DNA of 64,000 bases, taken from contig NC_058131.1 in NCBI RefSeq assembly GCF_016433145.1, positions 462,178,899 through 462,242,898 of the forward strand, written 5' to 3'. The notes below the pieces were generated by a model. It saw only the letters and a list, made by a program, of their open reading frames with translations, had not been told where the DNA came from and made no database searches. This stretch comes from Gracilinanus agilis (taxonomy: Eukaryota). A program made the position numbers and the translations under genes. This document shows positions 12,799-25,792 of the stretch, piece by piece (the first letter of the stretch is position 1; each line of letters begins with the position of its first letter).

Positions 12799-15700
12799 TG
12801 CCAGATGTTCTCTTTAGGTCTTTCTAGATCTAAAATGTTTTGATTCTTGGAAGACCACTTGCTGGCTGAGGAGCCTGGGATGAGGGTCAATCCTTATTTA
12901 CTAGTTTTGGTTTTCCTACTGACCATGTAACTGGGACAAGCTACTCTGTGCTTTCAAATAATACTACCACCTCTGACATGTTTCACAGGGCTGTTATAAT
13001 ATGGGCAAATGCAGAGATGTTTGAAAGTTTTCTGAATTAAAGATTTCATAAATATAAGGGCAGGAGCAGCTGGGTCAGTCAGTGGATAGAAAGCCAGACC
13101 TGGAGGTGGAAGATCCTGGGTTCAAATTTGGCCTCAGACACTTCCTAGCTGCGTGACTCTGGGCAAGTCACTTAATCCCAATTGCTCAGCCCTTACCACG
13201 CTACTGCCTTGGAACTAATACTTAGTATTGATTCTAAGACAACAGGTAAGGGTTTTAAAATAAATAAATGGGCAGCTAGGTAGTACATAGAGCACTGTGC
13301 TTGGAATCAGGAAGACTCTACTTCCCAAGTTCAAATCTGAACTCAGACCTGTGTGACCCTGGGTAAGTCACTTAATCCTATTTGCCTCAGTTTCCTCATT
13401 TTCAAAATGAATTGAAGAAGGAAGTAGCAAATAACTCCTTCATCTTTGCCAAGAAAACCCCAAATGGAGTCACAAAGAGTTGGACATTAATGAAATAATT
13501 GAACAATAACAACAATAAATTTAAGGTATCATTATCTTTTTTTCCCTGAAGACAAGGGGTAGGACAACTCACTTTCAGGCTCAAGGATTCATAACTCTTG
13601 GTTTTCATGTCTGCTTTTTCTTCGGCAAATGAATGTGCTTAGTTTCCATGTGCAAACCATTTGTCCCAATAGGATAAGAATTTGAGTTTTGAGAGGATGA
13701 TAGAAAGATGAGGACATCTGTATTCTTAGAAAAGCTGTGACTCCAGGCTGAGATGAGAGTTTGAAAGATTATTTCTTTTGGGAAAGATTAAGTAGGAATG
13801 TGGGAGAGGTGGTGATGACAAGTAGATTATATGGGAAATGATTCTTGTTTACTCTCAACCTCTTTCTCTACCTGAAACACACAGTGTGTGGGCTGCTAAA
13901 TGTAAATAGCATTCTTCTTGGACCATAGTGTCCTGTGTTCCTTGGAAGCACATGGCCATCATATCCTGTTACACACTTACCCTTCCTTAGTCTGAGAGTG
14001 CTTCACTCCCCGTGAAGAAGGAAGCCTTTTTATCTTTGGCCAAAGTTGAACCAGATAGTGCTGGAAATGAAGGGATTGGGGTATTCAATCATGCATGCAT
14101 ACATTCAGCAAATGTCTGTTGAGTTCCAGTTTTGTACAAGATACTGTGCTAGGTGCTGCCAGGCATTTGAGGACAAATAAGATATGATCTTTACAATTTA
14201 TCTGGGGAGGCAAGACACTCACACAAATACAAATATAACAAGGCATTTTGCAATCATCCCTGTAATAGAGATACAGATTAAGTACAATAGGAGAACAGAA
14301 GGGAGGGATCGCTTCTAGAGGGAGTAACAAGGGGATAGTTCATTGAAGAGGTAGCATTTGAGCTGGCCTTTGAAAAAATGGGGAGAATTTCAATAGATAT
14401 TAGAGGGAGAATAGTCTGAGAGGAAGGAATTACATAAACAAAAGCAGAGGGAAAAATAAAAGATATCTTGGGAAACAGTAAAGACTCAAGTTTTCTAGAA
14501 CCCCGGTAAAGGGAATCAAGTCAAATCAACAACCATTTATTATGTACTTAATACATGCCAGCCATTGTGCTGTGTTGGAAATACAAATTCAAGCAGAAAG
14601 ACAGGCCTGGCCCACACAAGTGCTTACATTCTAATAGGGGAAGATAACACAGAAAAGAAAGCTGAAAATGAATAGAGGTGGGTTGAAGAAGGGATTAAGG
14701 GTCATGGTGGAGAAAGTTCAGAGCATCAGGAGTGAAGCTTTAGAGGAATGAAGATATGCCTAACCTAGACCCTTTCCTTAAAACTGAGGTTCCAGGAAGA
14801 GAGAATTGATTAGCAAAGGGGCAAGAAACCAAGTAAGCAGGAAGGAAAGGAAAGGGATGCTATCTTAGAACTCTTAGATTGTTTTGCTATTATTATCAAT
14901 AATATTTCATATTTATATAGTGCTTTAAGATAAATAATGGGGAAGCCATGTGGTGCCAAGAATAGAGCACTGGGCTCAGAATCAAGAAGACTCATTATCA
15001 TGAGTTCAAATCTGCCCTCAGGTACTTAGAAGTGTGACCTTGAGCACATCACTTAACCATGTTTGCTTCAGTTTCCTCATCTGTAAAAATGAGCCAGAGA
15101 AGGAAATTCCAGCATCTGCTCCAAATGGAGTCACAAAGAGTCTAATATGCTTGAAGCAACTGAACAAAATTAAGGTAAATTCCTTAAAATAGCCATACAA
15201 AATAGGATTTATCATTCCTATTTTACAGAAGAGTTTGAAGTTCAGAAAAATGAAGTGATTTATCCACCATCGCATAATGTTAGTCAGGATTTGAACCTAA
15301 TGCACTCTCCATTACACTGAGGAATGGAACATCACCTGGAACATAAAGAATTGAGCTGGTGGCAGCTGGGTAGCTCAGTGGATTGAGAGCCAGCCCTAGA
15401 GATGAGAAGTCCTAGGTTCAAATCTGACCTCAGACACTTCCTAGCTATGTGACCCTGGACAAGTCACTTAACCTCCCCTTGCCTAGCCCTTATTGTTCTT
15501 CTGTCTTGGAACCAGTACATAGTATTGATTCTAAGGTGGAAGGTTTTAAAAAAAAAAAGAATTAACCCAGTCTACTCAGTTGTCTTTTTGACACTTTCAT
15601 TTGTTTTTAAATGACATATTTCATTAAGAAATATTAAGGCAAATGTTGGCAGGTGATAGGTTAAGTATTATCCAGGCTAGGGAATTCCAAGAATAAGAAG

Positions 15701-16633
15701 AATAATGGGGAAGAATAATATTTCATATTTATATAGTGCTTTAAGATAAATAATGGGGAAGCCACATGGTGCCAAGAATAGAGCACTGGGCTCAGAATCA
15801 AGAAGACTCATCATCATGAGTTCAAATCTGCCCTCAGATACTTACTAGTGTGACCCTGAGCTCAAGAATATATAGACATGATCCTGGTCCAAAAGCCTAC
15901 AGTGATACATATAGGGACTTAGGGGTAGAGTTAAGATGCCTGAGCTGTATCTGAGCTGCTGACCAATGCACATGCCAGCTCATTCTCCTAAGGGTCACTC
16001 ACCTCACTCTTTCTGTTCCCTTCTACGATAGGTTTGGGGGAAGCATATCTATAAGCATATCTATATCTCTATATCTATATCTATATATTTGAGCAGTGTT
16101 GTGGGGCAGGGGAAAAGAACATCTTTATTCAGAACTAGAAGTACCTTTCTCAGCTGAGATCGATACCTTCATCAAATGACTCCCCAAGGATCAAGTATCT
16201 ACATGGAAATAAAAAAAAAAAGTTAATGCCACCTCCACCTGTGAGGTAGAACTTCCCTATCTTGTCTACAAGAAACAGCCTGACTTCACCTGACTTTGCG
16301 ATGCACAAGGCATTAAATTCTCTGGGCCTCAGTCTTCCAATTTGTATTGTAGATGGTAATTCTTGTACACACCATGGTTTCACATACTAAATTTTTTTAA
16401 AAGGCTTTCATAAGCCTTTACTATATTATAAATACATTATTAGTAGTAGTTAATAGATCAGTATGAAAATATTTGTTTTTATTCTATACATATATACATA
16501 TCTTGTTCAGTCATGTTTCACTCTTCATGACCTCATTTGCAGTTTTCTTGGCAAAGATACTGGAGTTTTTTGCCATTTCCTCCTCTAGCTTATTTTACAG
16601 ATGACAAGACTAAGGCAAAAAAAGGGGGTGGGA

Positions 16634-16820
16634 GGGCAGCTGGGTAGCTCAGTGGAGTGAGAGTCAGGCCTAGAGACAGGAGGTCCAAGGTTCAAACCCG
16701 GCCTCAGCCACTTCCCAGCTGTGTGACCCTGGGCAAGTCACTTGACCCCCTTTGCCCACCCTTACCACTCTTCCACCTATGAGACAATACACCAAAGTAT
16801 AAGGGTTTAAAAAAAAAAGG
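16634..16820 (+). mobile_element. Young SINE1_Mdo-type tRNA/CORE SINE
   Basis: Head gggcagctgggtagctcagtgg (A box) and ggttcaaaccc (B box), core gtgtgaccctgggcaagtcactt, tail aagggttt-A-rich. Flanked by the repeat aaaaaaaggggg(g)tgggag. Confidence 0.85.
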
Positions 16821-16954
16821 GGGGGGTGGGAGTGTTTAATGACTTGCCCAGGGTCACATAGATAGTATCTGAGGCTAGATTTGAAATCAGTTCTTCCTGA
16901 CTCCAGGCCTAGTCCACTATACCACTTAACTTCCCTTATGTATACATCTATTCA

Positions 16955-17028
16955 CATCTGTATCTATATCTATATCTGTATCTGTATCTGTATCTGTATC
17001 TGTATCTATATCTCTATCTGTATCTATA
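16955..17028. repeat. (TATCTG/TATCTA)n hexamer tandem repeat
   Basis: Directly visible. Confidence 0.9.
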
Positions 17029-17079
17029 TTTTTATCCTTGCTGTTTCCTCCATTAGAATATAAGCTCTTTGGATAAAAA

Positions 17080-17560
17080 AAATGGGGAAGGTTCTGTTTG
17101 TTCAAAAATATTTATAGCTACACTTTTTGTGGTGTTAAAAAATTGGAAATTGAGGGGATATCCCTCAACTGGGGAATGGCTGATTTGTGATATATGGTGG
17201 TAATGGAATACTACTGTACTACAAGGAATGATGAACAGATAATTTAAAAAAACCTGAAAAGATCTATATGAACTAATGCAGAGTGAAATAAGCAGAACCA
17301 GAAGAACATCATATATAGTAACTGAAATATTGCAGATGATCAAAAGTAATTGATTTTGCTATTAACAGTGATACAGTGATCCAGAACAATTCTGAGGGAC
17401 TTATGAAAAAGAACGCTATCTACCTCCAGAGAAAGAACTATTGGAATAGGATTGCAGATGAAAGTGTGTGATTTATCACTTGTTTATATGGGTATATGAT
17501 TTGGGGTTTTGGTTTTAAAAGATTATTCTATTACAAAAATGAATAATATAGAAATAGGTT
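17080..17560 (+). mobile_element. L1 (marsupial) ORF2 C-terminus/3' UTR fragment
   Basis: Decayed KIFIATLFVVLKNWKLRGYPSTGEWL...WNTTV motif typical of the end of L1 ORF2. Confidence 0.8.
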
Positions 17561-17569
17561 TTGAGAGAT

Positions 17570-17632
17570 TATATATATATATGTGTGTGTGTGTGTGTAT
17601 GTGTGTGTGTGTGTGTGTGTGTGTATACATAT
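17570..17632. repeat. (TA)n(TG)n compound microsatellite
   Basis: Directly visible. Confidence 0.95.
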
Positions 17633-19018
17633 ATGTCTCCCAGTGAAATTGCTTATGAACTCCAGGAGTGGGGAGGGAAGAGGGGAGGGAGACAACAAGA
17701 ATCAGCTAACAATGGGGAAAATTTTTTTTTAATTATAATCTTTGAAAATAGGGATTGTTGGAGACCTCTAGATGGCTCAGTGGATTGAAAGCCAGACTTA
17801 GAGCTGGGCAGTCCTCGATTCAAATCTGGTCTCAGAGGCTTCTTAGCTGTGTGACCCTGGGCAAGTCATTTAACCTCTATTGCTTAGCCCTTACCGTTCT
17901 TCTGCATTGGGACCAATACATAGTATTGATTCTAAAATGGAAGGTAAGGATTTTAGAAAAAAAAACAAACTGGGATTTCATTTCTTCTTGTATCTATCCC
18001 TAGGGCCTGGCACATAGTAGATGCTTAATATATGCTTGCTAATTGATAGCAATTTTTGAGTAGCTACTCAACCCTATGCTGATCCTGCAAGGGAACTGCT
18101 CAGGGATGTGAATTTACCACAGTAACTGTTCATCCTGGGGAAAGCGAACAAGCCTGAACATCCCATCCTGGCCCACATCCAATATCACCCTTGAATGTGT
18201 TTTCTCTTGCTCTTCTTGGCTGCTGGGCATTGCCCACTTGGAAAAGTACAGCTCAATAGATATGAGTCAGCCCTGGCTGGTGAAAAATGAATCATGTCTG
18301 ACCAGCTTGATTTGGTTCAGGTTGTTTGGTTTTCTTTCTAATTAAATAATTATTGGTCTGGATGGCTAGAAGGAGAGAAAATGGATTTCATCTGTCTAGC
18401 TTTTTAGAAAGCTTGCAACACATTCCAATGATGGATTAGTGGGCAAACCCTCTTATGTGGGAGAATGATGTAAAGATCATAGATTTAGAACTGGAAGGGG
18501 GTATAAAATTGGATAGCTCCTTTGACTCCATGTACAGTTTTTTCCTTTGCCCCTACACTGCCTCTTCAGCAACTAGCAATAAAGTGAAGCCAAAAAGCTA
18601 AAGACCCTCTGATCAAAATATCTGTATTCTCAGAGGCAGAGTCTGAGTTAGTGGAGAGAGTAGAAAAGACCATCCTCTCATATTGATCTCTGAAGTCCCC
18701 TCCATCTTTAAATCACATTAGCCCTTGAGAAGGTCTATGGAAGAGGGAAAGGGCCATTAATGTAAGTGCAAGGCTCTATTGCAAATATTAATAATATGGA
18801 AATAGGTTTTGATCAATGATACATGTAAAACCCAGTGGAATTGCACGTTGGCTATGGGAGAGGGGTGGGAGAAGGGGAGGGAAAGAACATGAATCATGTA
18901 ACCATGGAAAAATATTCCAAAATAAATAAATAAATAAATAAATGTTTTTTGAAAAGTAGGTGAAAGGAGGCTTGGCTTGGTAATGTTGAAATTTGAACTT
19001 TAAATGATCCTTCTGAAT

Positions 19019-19633
19019 TGTTATGAGTAAATGCAATAAAGGTAGACTGAAGTACATACTCTGAGCAAAATCAGTTTATTAACAGCAAAGCATATAACTA
19101 TTAACAAAATGGGTCAGAATGTCCACCTCTTTAAGGCCATCTATCCCAGTAGGTGGAAGAAACCTTCTTTATTGGAAACACAGGAAAAGAAGGCAGTCTA
19201 GTTGGTTTTGGAACCTTACAATTATTTATACTAGGAAAAATGGATTAGTATTCAGGTGTGGCTAATCATACTCCCATCTGACAATTAAGGAACGATCACA
19301 TTGCTTTATGGAATTCATCTGCCTCTTAATAATCTTGGCTAGGAAATCAGAAATCAGGTTTGTTGTCTCCTTGAGGGAGATCAAATATCTGCTAATTACA
19401 CAAGGACAAGTGTTTTGCCTTTTGAGAGGATAGCACCAGGTTAAACTGGTTGGAGCTTACAGAAAACAAATGAATGTCCCAGAGACCAAGTGCCTAAGTG
19501 AAAATAATGTTCTTTTTCAACCACACCTTTAAAAATTAACTCAGAGAGAATCAAAACTGAATTTCTAATCAAGATAAGTTGAAGCAGATACTAACTAAAT
19601 TATAAAAATCAATACAGCATAAAATTAATTACA
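19019..19633. mobile_element. LTR-like segment
   Basis: TG...CA bounded, with LTR-like composition and a minus-strand AATAAA near 19076. No convincing TSD. Confidence 0.35.
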
Positions 19634-21624
19634 CTGTAAAATCAATAGAGTAGAAATCAGAGGTAAAATTAATTTTTATCTTTTTACAGAGCGAACATTG
19701 AAGGCTGGCACTTTTGGGGTAATGAAAGAAGCTAGAATCATTAACACAGAGCAAGGTCCAATACTGAGGTTGGGGTAGAAGAAAAATGAATCAAATACAT
19801 GAGGTTTAAGTCTGGGTGGATATATTGGGAAGAGGGTTCTCAGTTGGGAGAAAGAGTAACTGGGTATGGTGGCAACGAGGTGGCTCAGTGGATTGAGAGG
19901 TAGGCCTCAGAGACAGGAGATCCTGGGTTCAAATCTGGCCTCATATACTTCCTAGCCATGTGACCCTGGGCAAATCACTTAACCCACATTGCCTAGCCCT
20001 TATAGTTCTTTTGCCATGGAACTAATATACACTATTGATTCTAAGACAGAAGGTAAGGCTTTAATTTAAAAAAAACAAACAATAATTGAGTGTGAGAGTA
20101 AAAACAAAGGGAAGTGGTTTCCTAAGGAGCAAGCCCTAAATGGGGAGAGACAAAGGTTGGGTAGAGTCAAGTCAACAGCAAGTCAATAAGCATTTATTAA
20201 CTGCCTACTGTGCACCAGGTACCATGCCAACTGCCATCTCTACAAATTGGATGCCATATCCACTTTCTTTTTTTCTTTTATTAATTTTAAACCCTTACCT
20301 TCTGTCTTGGAGTCAATACTGTGTATTAGCTCCAAGGCAGAAGAGTAGTAAAGGCTAGGCAATGGGGGTTAAGTGACTTGCCCAGGGTCACACAGCTGGG
20401 AAGTGTCTAAGGCCAGATTTGAACCCAGGACCTCCCATCTCTAGGTCTGGCTCTCAATCCACTGAGCTACCCAGCTGCCCTCTCCACTTTCTTACCATGA
20501 ATTGTTCCCATGATATATTGGTGTTCTTGTTTGGATATCTACTTTTCAGGGTATGAAGGTAAACAGGTACACGGATAATCTGTCTAATACCAAGTCTGTC
20601 CCTCTAGCTGATGAAAATCACAGGGCAGTTAGGTGGTACAGTGGAGAAGGGAGGGGGATTAGAGTTAGGAAGACTCATTTTTCTGAGTTCAAATCCAGTC
20701 TTAGACTTAGTAGTTGTGTAGCCCTGGACAAGTGATTTAACCCTGTTTGCCTTGGTTTCCTCATCTATAAAATAAGTTGGAAAAAGAAATGGCAAACCAT
20801 TCCAATATCTTTGCCAAGAAAACCTCAAACGGGGTCAAGAAGAGTTGAATACAAGTGAACAACAACATGGGACACAACCCAAATAAAATGTGAAATGGAG
20901 CCCAAAGACTGGCTATGTTTCTGATTGTTTATACTAGTAAACATCACAACATGCTGAGTGTTGTGATCAATTTTCCTGGAGGCATTTGGGAATGGAAAGT
21001 ACAGTTCTACTCTGCAGTAGAGTCACCTTTGAAGAAGCTCAAAGTATTTCTTGGACTCCTGTCAAATTTACTCCCCATTCCTACTGATGACATATTAGTC
21101 TTCATTGCCTCCCCTTGCTGTAAATCTCTCTACACGTGAGCAAATGTTTCTGTTATGGACTGGTTTCAGCATTATTTGGGGCTTGCCTGTGTCATACACC
21201 TTAGACACATGTACAGTTCTTAAAGGGCCTGATAATCTTTTGTTTTTTCTTGCCCAGATGCCCAGGAAAAAAACAAGACAAATACAGTTGGTTTGGTTGC
21301 TATTTCTAGGGATTAAAACTCAAGGCTGGGTTCTTCCCAAATGTATATATAGGCTTCACACATGAATACAGTAAGACAGATTTTTGATGTTTTAAAGCTG
21401 TTAATTGAGGCAACTATGAAAAACTCCCTTATGTTACTTCTGCCTCTTCCTGCTTCCCAAGCAGCCTTCTGTTTCATATAACCTTCAGTCTCCTGACCAG
21501 AGTAAGAAAAGGAGTCCTCTAGTCATGCTCCTTATCCCATTATAAATTTTTAGTCTTTCCTGGAGCTTTCTCAAAGCTTATGGCACATCCTCTAACTTGT
21601 TCCTTCTTTCCTCTCTCCCGTCAG

Positions 21625-21685
21625 GAGTTGACTTTAAGATGAAGACTATAGAAGTAGATGGCATCAAAGTTCGGATACAGATTTG
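21625..21685 (+). CDS. RAB15: RAB15 coding exon 2 (61 nt)
   Basis: Pyrimidine tract plus CAG acceptor ending at 21624 and GTGAG donor at 21686. Encodes (G)VDFKMKTIEVDGIKVRIQI(W), the switch I/interswitch region of RAB15. Confidence 0.97.
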
Positions 21686-22514
21686 GTGAGTTAGATGGGA
21701 GAAGAACAAGGAAGCATCAGGCATGTGGGATTGCTTCCTAGCAAAAAGGAGGATGAAGTAGCAGTCCAACTTTAATGCTGGGTTACCCTTAAACTGATCC
21801 TGCTTTTGTCTTAGGCTCACCTGAGAAGCCTGAAACATCTCTTGGGGAGGAAAACAACTAAATTTTCTTGTGTACTGTGTTTCAGTTACAGGAATGTGGG
21901 TGGAGGAAGAGGGAAAGGAGAGATTGGGGGAGGGGGAAGGAGACCATTGTGTAAAGGCAAGGCACCAGCCAGGACGTCCCAGAGAACTATGGTGTAGTTT
22001 CCATATGTGACCGCAAGGAGCCACCATGACTCTCTGTTCCAAAACCTCATGACCACTATTTTAGGGATAGTGTAAGGATTTGTATCTCTACGTTGGAGCA
22101 ATGTAGGACAGGCTTTCAAGAGATTCCCAGAGAATAGACAGTAGCAGGATAGAAATTGAAGCAGCCCTCTTTCCCATCATCTAGCCATATGCTCTGACTT
22201 TCCCAGAGATGCCCAGTTTCATTGCCTTTTCTTGCTCAGCCACATGGTTGCCAGGAGGGCAAGGAGACTATTATGCCTTCCCCTCATGCAAACTCTTCGC
22301 CAGATCTAGCTTTTCCTTTTCATATTAGAGTCCCTATTTCCTGCCAAGTACTGAGGTTTAAAGCTCTATTGGTTTGTACATTCAGCTCTCCAGTTGTGAA
22401 TGTGAATCCTCTATAAAGGATAAAATAATCTTCCCTTTCCTTCTTCCTCCTTCCCTCTGCATCCTTGCTGTACCATGTCTTTACATATCTGGGGAAATTG
22501 GTTTTTTGTTTCAG

Positions 22515-22575
22515 GGATACTGCAGGGCAGGAAAGATATCAGACCATCACCAAGCAGTACTACAGACGAGCCCAG
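22515..22575 (+). CDS. RAB15: RAB15 coding exon 3 (61 nt)
   Basis: TTTCAG acceptor and GTAAGT donor. Encodes (W)DTAGQERYQTITKQYYRRAQ, containing the G3/switch II motif. Phase is consistent with exon 2. Confidence 0.98.
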
Positions 22576-23899
22576 GTAAGTCCCTTGCCTAGAAGTTGGA
22601 GGGTAGAGAAGCTTGATTCTGTGGCTTTCTGTGCAAAGGCTGCTGAGAGAAGAACCCTTAGTTTGCATTATAGAGAAGAGTACATAGGCTTCCATATTTC
22701 CAGCAAACTCAGCAAACATTTATCAAATGCCTAGTCTAACACTTTTGTGACAGCCTCCTGCTGGGAAGATGGTACAGATTTACCTGTTCTGTCTACATCC
22801 TGAAGACAACAAGGAAACAGACAGTATGGGGTTGAGTAGCCTCAGGGGATCAATATAAACTGAGTGGTTTACTTCAATGTTATTATAATATTCCACTAGG
22901 AAAGGGACATTTAAGAAGAACCCTGTTGTGCTTTATGGGAAAGATGCAAGAAGTCATGGGCTCTGGGCTTGCAGCCTGTGAGTGTTCAAGACATAGTTAC
23001 TCATTCTGTTCATTGGATTCCTTCCTTTTTATAATGCTAGGTTCTGGAGGAGAGACAAAATTTAACTAAGACAGCCTCTAACATTTATCTTCAACATTTA
23101 ACATCATGTCTGGCCCAGAGTGAGTCTCTCACAAATACTTTCTTTTATTAATTTATTTGGTTCATTGATGAAGCTTACAATTTAACAGCAGGTGGGGTTA
23201 TGATACATTACCATACATCTGATTTTATAACTATGAATATTGATACAGGGTGAAGTCCCTCTATGGTTTAATATATAGCCTTAAAAAAAAAACAAATAAA
23301 CCCTTACCTTCCAACTTAGAATCAATACTGTGTATTAAATCAAGACAAAAGAGCAGTAAGTACTAGGCAATGGGGATTAAGTGACTTGCCCAGGGTCATA
23401 CATCTAGGAAGTATCTGAGGCCAGATTTGAATTTAGACCTACCATCTCTAGATCTGGCTCTTACTCCATTGAGCCATCTAGCTGTTCCCTTAATTATGGA
23501 CTTAGAGAATAGCAATCAATCAACTTAGTAAACATTTAGTAAGTATCTGCTTTGTGTCAGACACTGAACTAAGCCCTGAATAGATACATCTACAGATGAC
23601 TATAACATAAAATGTAAATGAGGACCTGAGAGAAAAACTCACCAAGGATATCATGAGATCAATTATAAGCAGTTATTAAGTTATATCAAGCAGTTATTAA
23701 GGACTTACTATGTGCTACACATTGAATACAAAATGAAATAATCTTTGAAGAAGGTGGCACTTGAAGTAGGGGGTCCCTTGGAGCAACATCCAGTTCACAA
23801 ACATTTTTCCTACTGTCTGAACACAGTTTTGACAAAAACAAAATTTTTGCTCTTACGGAACTTAGAGTCAGGGGGATATGGCATACACACAAAGAGATA

Positions 23900-25460
23900 C
23901 ACATAAGTGGATGTGAAAAATTGGGTCACTAAAATATTGTTGATGGAACTGTGAACCAATCCAACCATTTTGGAGAGCAATTTGGAATTATATGAAGAAA
24001 GTTATAAAACTGTGTATATCTTGAGACCCCAAAATACCACTATTGGGTCTGTTTTCTAAAGAGATCAGGGAAAAAGGAAAATAACCTATATGTTCCAAAA
24101 TGTGTATAACAGTTCTCTGTGTGTTGGCAAAGAACTGGAAATTGAGAGGATATCTGTTAACTGGGGAATGGCTGAAAAAGTTGTAGTATATGATTGTGAT
24201 GCAATACTACTGCACCACAAGAAATGATGAGCATGTTAATTTTTCAAAGATATTTCATTTGGGGGCAGCTGGGTAGCTCAGTGGATTGAGAGCCAGCCTA
24301 GAGACGGGAGGTCCTAGGTTCAAATCCGGCCTCAGACACTTCCCAGTTGTGTGACCCTGGGCAAGTCACTTGACCCCCATTGCCTACCCTTACCACTCTT
24401 CCACCTATAAGTCAATACACAGAAGTTAAGGGTTTAAAATTAAAAAAAACAAAAAACAAAGATATTTCATTTTACCAATTATATGTAATAATAATTTTCC
24501 ATATAAGTTTCCTGAAGTTGTAAAATCCAAATTGGCTCCCTCTCTCTCTTTCCGGAGATACACAATTTGATCTGGGTTATACATGTATTATCAGGCAAAA
24601 CATATTTCCATGTTGTTCATTGTTGTAAGAGAATACTCATATAAAATAAAAACCAAAAAAACTAACATAAAAATAGTATGCTTTAATCTGCATTCTGCTC
24701 CAACAATTCTTTCTCTGGAGGTAGACAACACAAGTCCTTCAGGATTGTCCTGGATAATTCATTGTATATAGCTTATAATGTTCTCTGTCTCTTGTTTGGT
24801 CATAAATTCTCCCCTTCTTCATAGATCTGACAGAAAAACTATTCTATATTCCCCTAATTGACTTATGGTATTACCCTTTATGTCTAAATCATAAACCTGT
24901 TTGGAGCTTATCAAGATAAGATATAGGGTGTAAGATATTGGTCTATACCTAGTTTTTGTCATACTGTTTTCCAGTTTTCCCAGCAGTTTTTGTCAAATAG
25001 TGAGTTCTTATCCCCAAAGCTGGGATCTTTGGGTTTATCAAATACTAGATTGCTGAGGTCATTTACCCCTAATCTATTCCATTGATCCACCATTCTGTTT
25101 CTTAGCTAGTACCAGATTGTTTTGCTATTATTGCTTTATAGTACAGTTTGAAATCTGGTACAAGCAGGTCAATTAAAAAAAAAAAAACAACTTGGAAAGA
25201 CCTACATGGAATAATGATGAGTGAAATGAATAAAACCAAGAGAACATTATACATAGCTACAGAATTAATATTTGAAGAATAATTGGTGAATGTCCACCTC
25301 CAGAAAAAGAAATGATAAATAGAAGAATGGAAGACATAACTTATATATACATTATTTTTGTTGGGTGATGCCCTCTGTGGTAAAGGGAGAGAGAGGGTGA
25401 AAACATCTGGAAATTTTAATGTAAACAACAAACTAATTAATAAAAAGAAGAAAAAGATAT
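23900..25460. mobile_element. Nested L1 fragments: a + strand L1 interrupted by a - strand L1 3' end, which is itself interrupted by the SINE at 24261
   Basis: The + strand L1 ORF2 end (about 23900-24240) resumes at about 25170. The intervening about 24241-25170 is L1 3' sequence in reverse orientation. Confidence 0.65.
24261..24456 (+). mobile_element. Young SINE1_Mdo-type SINE with 16-bp TSD
   Basis: Full-length head, core and tail, with TSD CAAAGATATTTCATTT at 24245-24260 and 24457-24472. About 20 further, older copies occur across the window, e.g. about 3695-3895, 5985-6180, 9136-9335, 9987-10195, 13062-13270, 15360-15560, 17757-17960, 19866-20080, 20275-20485(-), 23285-23490(-), 28830-29015(-), 40305-40470(-), 46135-46345 and 46770-46960. 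Confidence 0.9.
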
Positions 25461-25714
25461 AAAAGTGGCTTAATTGAGGATAGAAATTCATTTCCCCAAG
25501 GTCAAAGACAATTTTATCATAAGCCAAAGAGGCTTGGACATTAAAATTAAGAGCTGGGGTTGGGCTAAAAAGGGTTAGGTTATATATAACCTATAGGGAA
25601 GAAGGGAGATTTGGACCCAGTAGTCATGATACTGACTTCCTAGTTCTCAAGGTGTTTTTCTGTGCATGTCTGTCTATGTGTATCCCTCATTCTCTCTCTC
25701 TCTCTTTATCTCAG

Positions 25715-25792
25715 GGAATATTTTTAGTCTATGATATCAGCAGTGAGCGATCTTACCAGCACATTATGAAGTGGGTCAGTGATGTGGATGAG
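25715..25792 (+). CDS. RAB15: RAB15 coding exon 4 (78 nt)
   Basis: (TC)n tract plus CAG acceptor and GTAAGA donor. Encodes GIFLVYDISSERSYQHIMKWVSDVDE. Confidence 0.97.

Noticed and set aside
18262-18271. ATGAGTCAGC AP-1/ARE-like motif in the RAB15 intron
   Set aside because: A single short motif next to an L3 remnant, expected by chance in 64 kb.
24261-24340. tRNA-like A-box/B-box sequences at SINE heads (many copies)
   Set aside because: These are SINE heads followed by CORE and tail sequence, with no complete cloverleaf. They are not tRNA genes.
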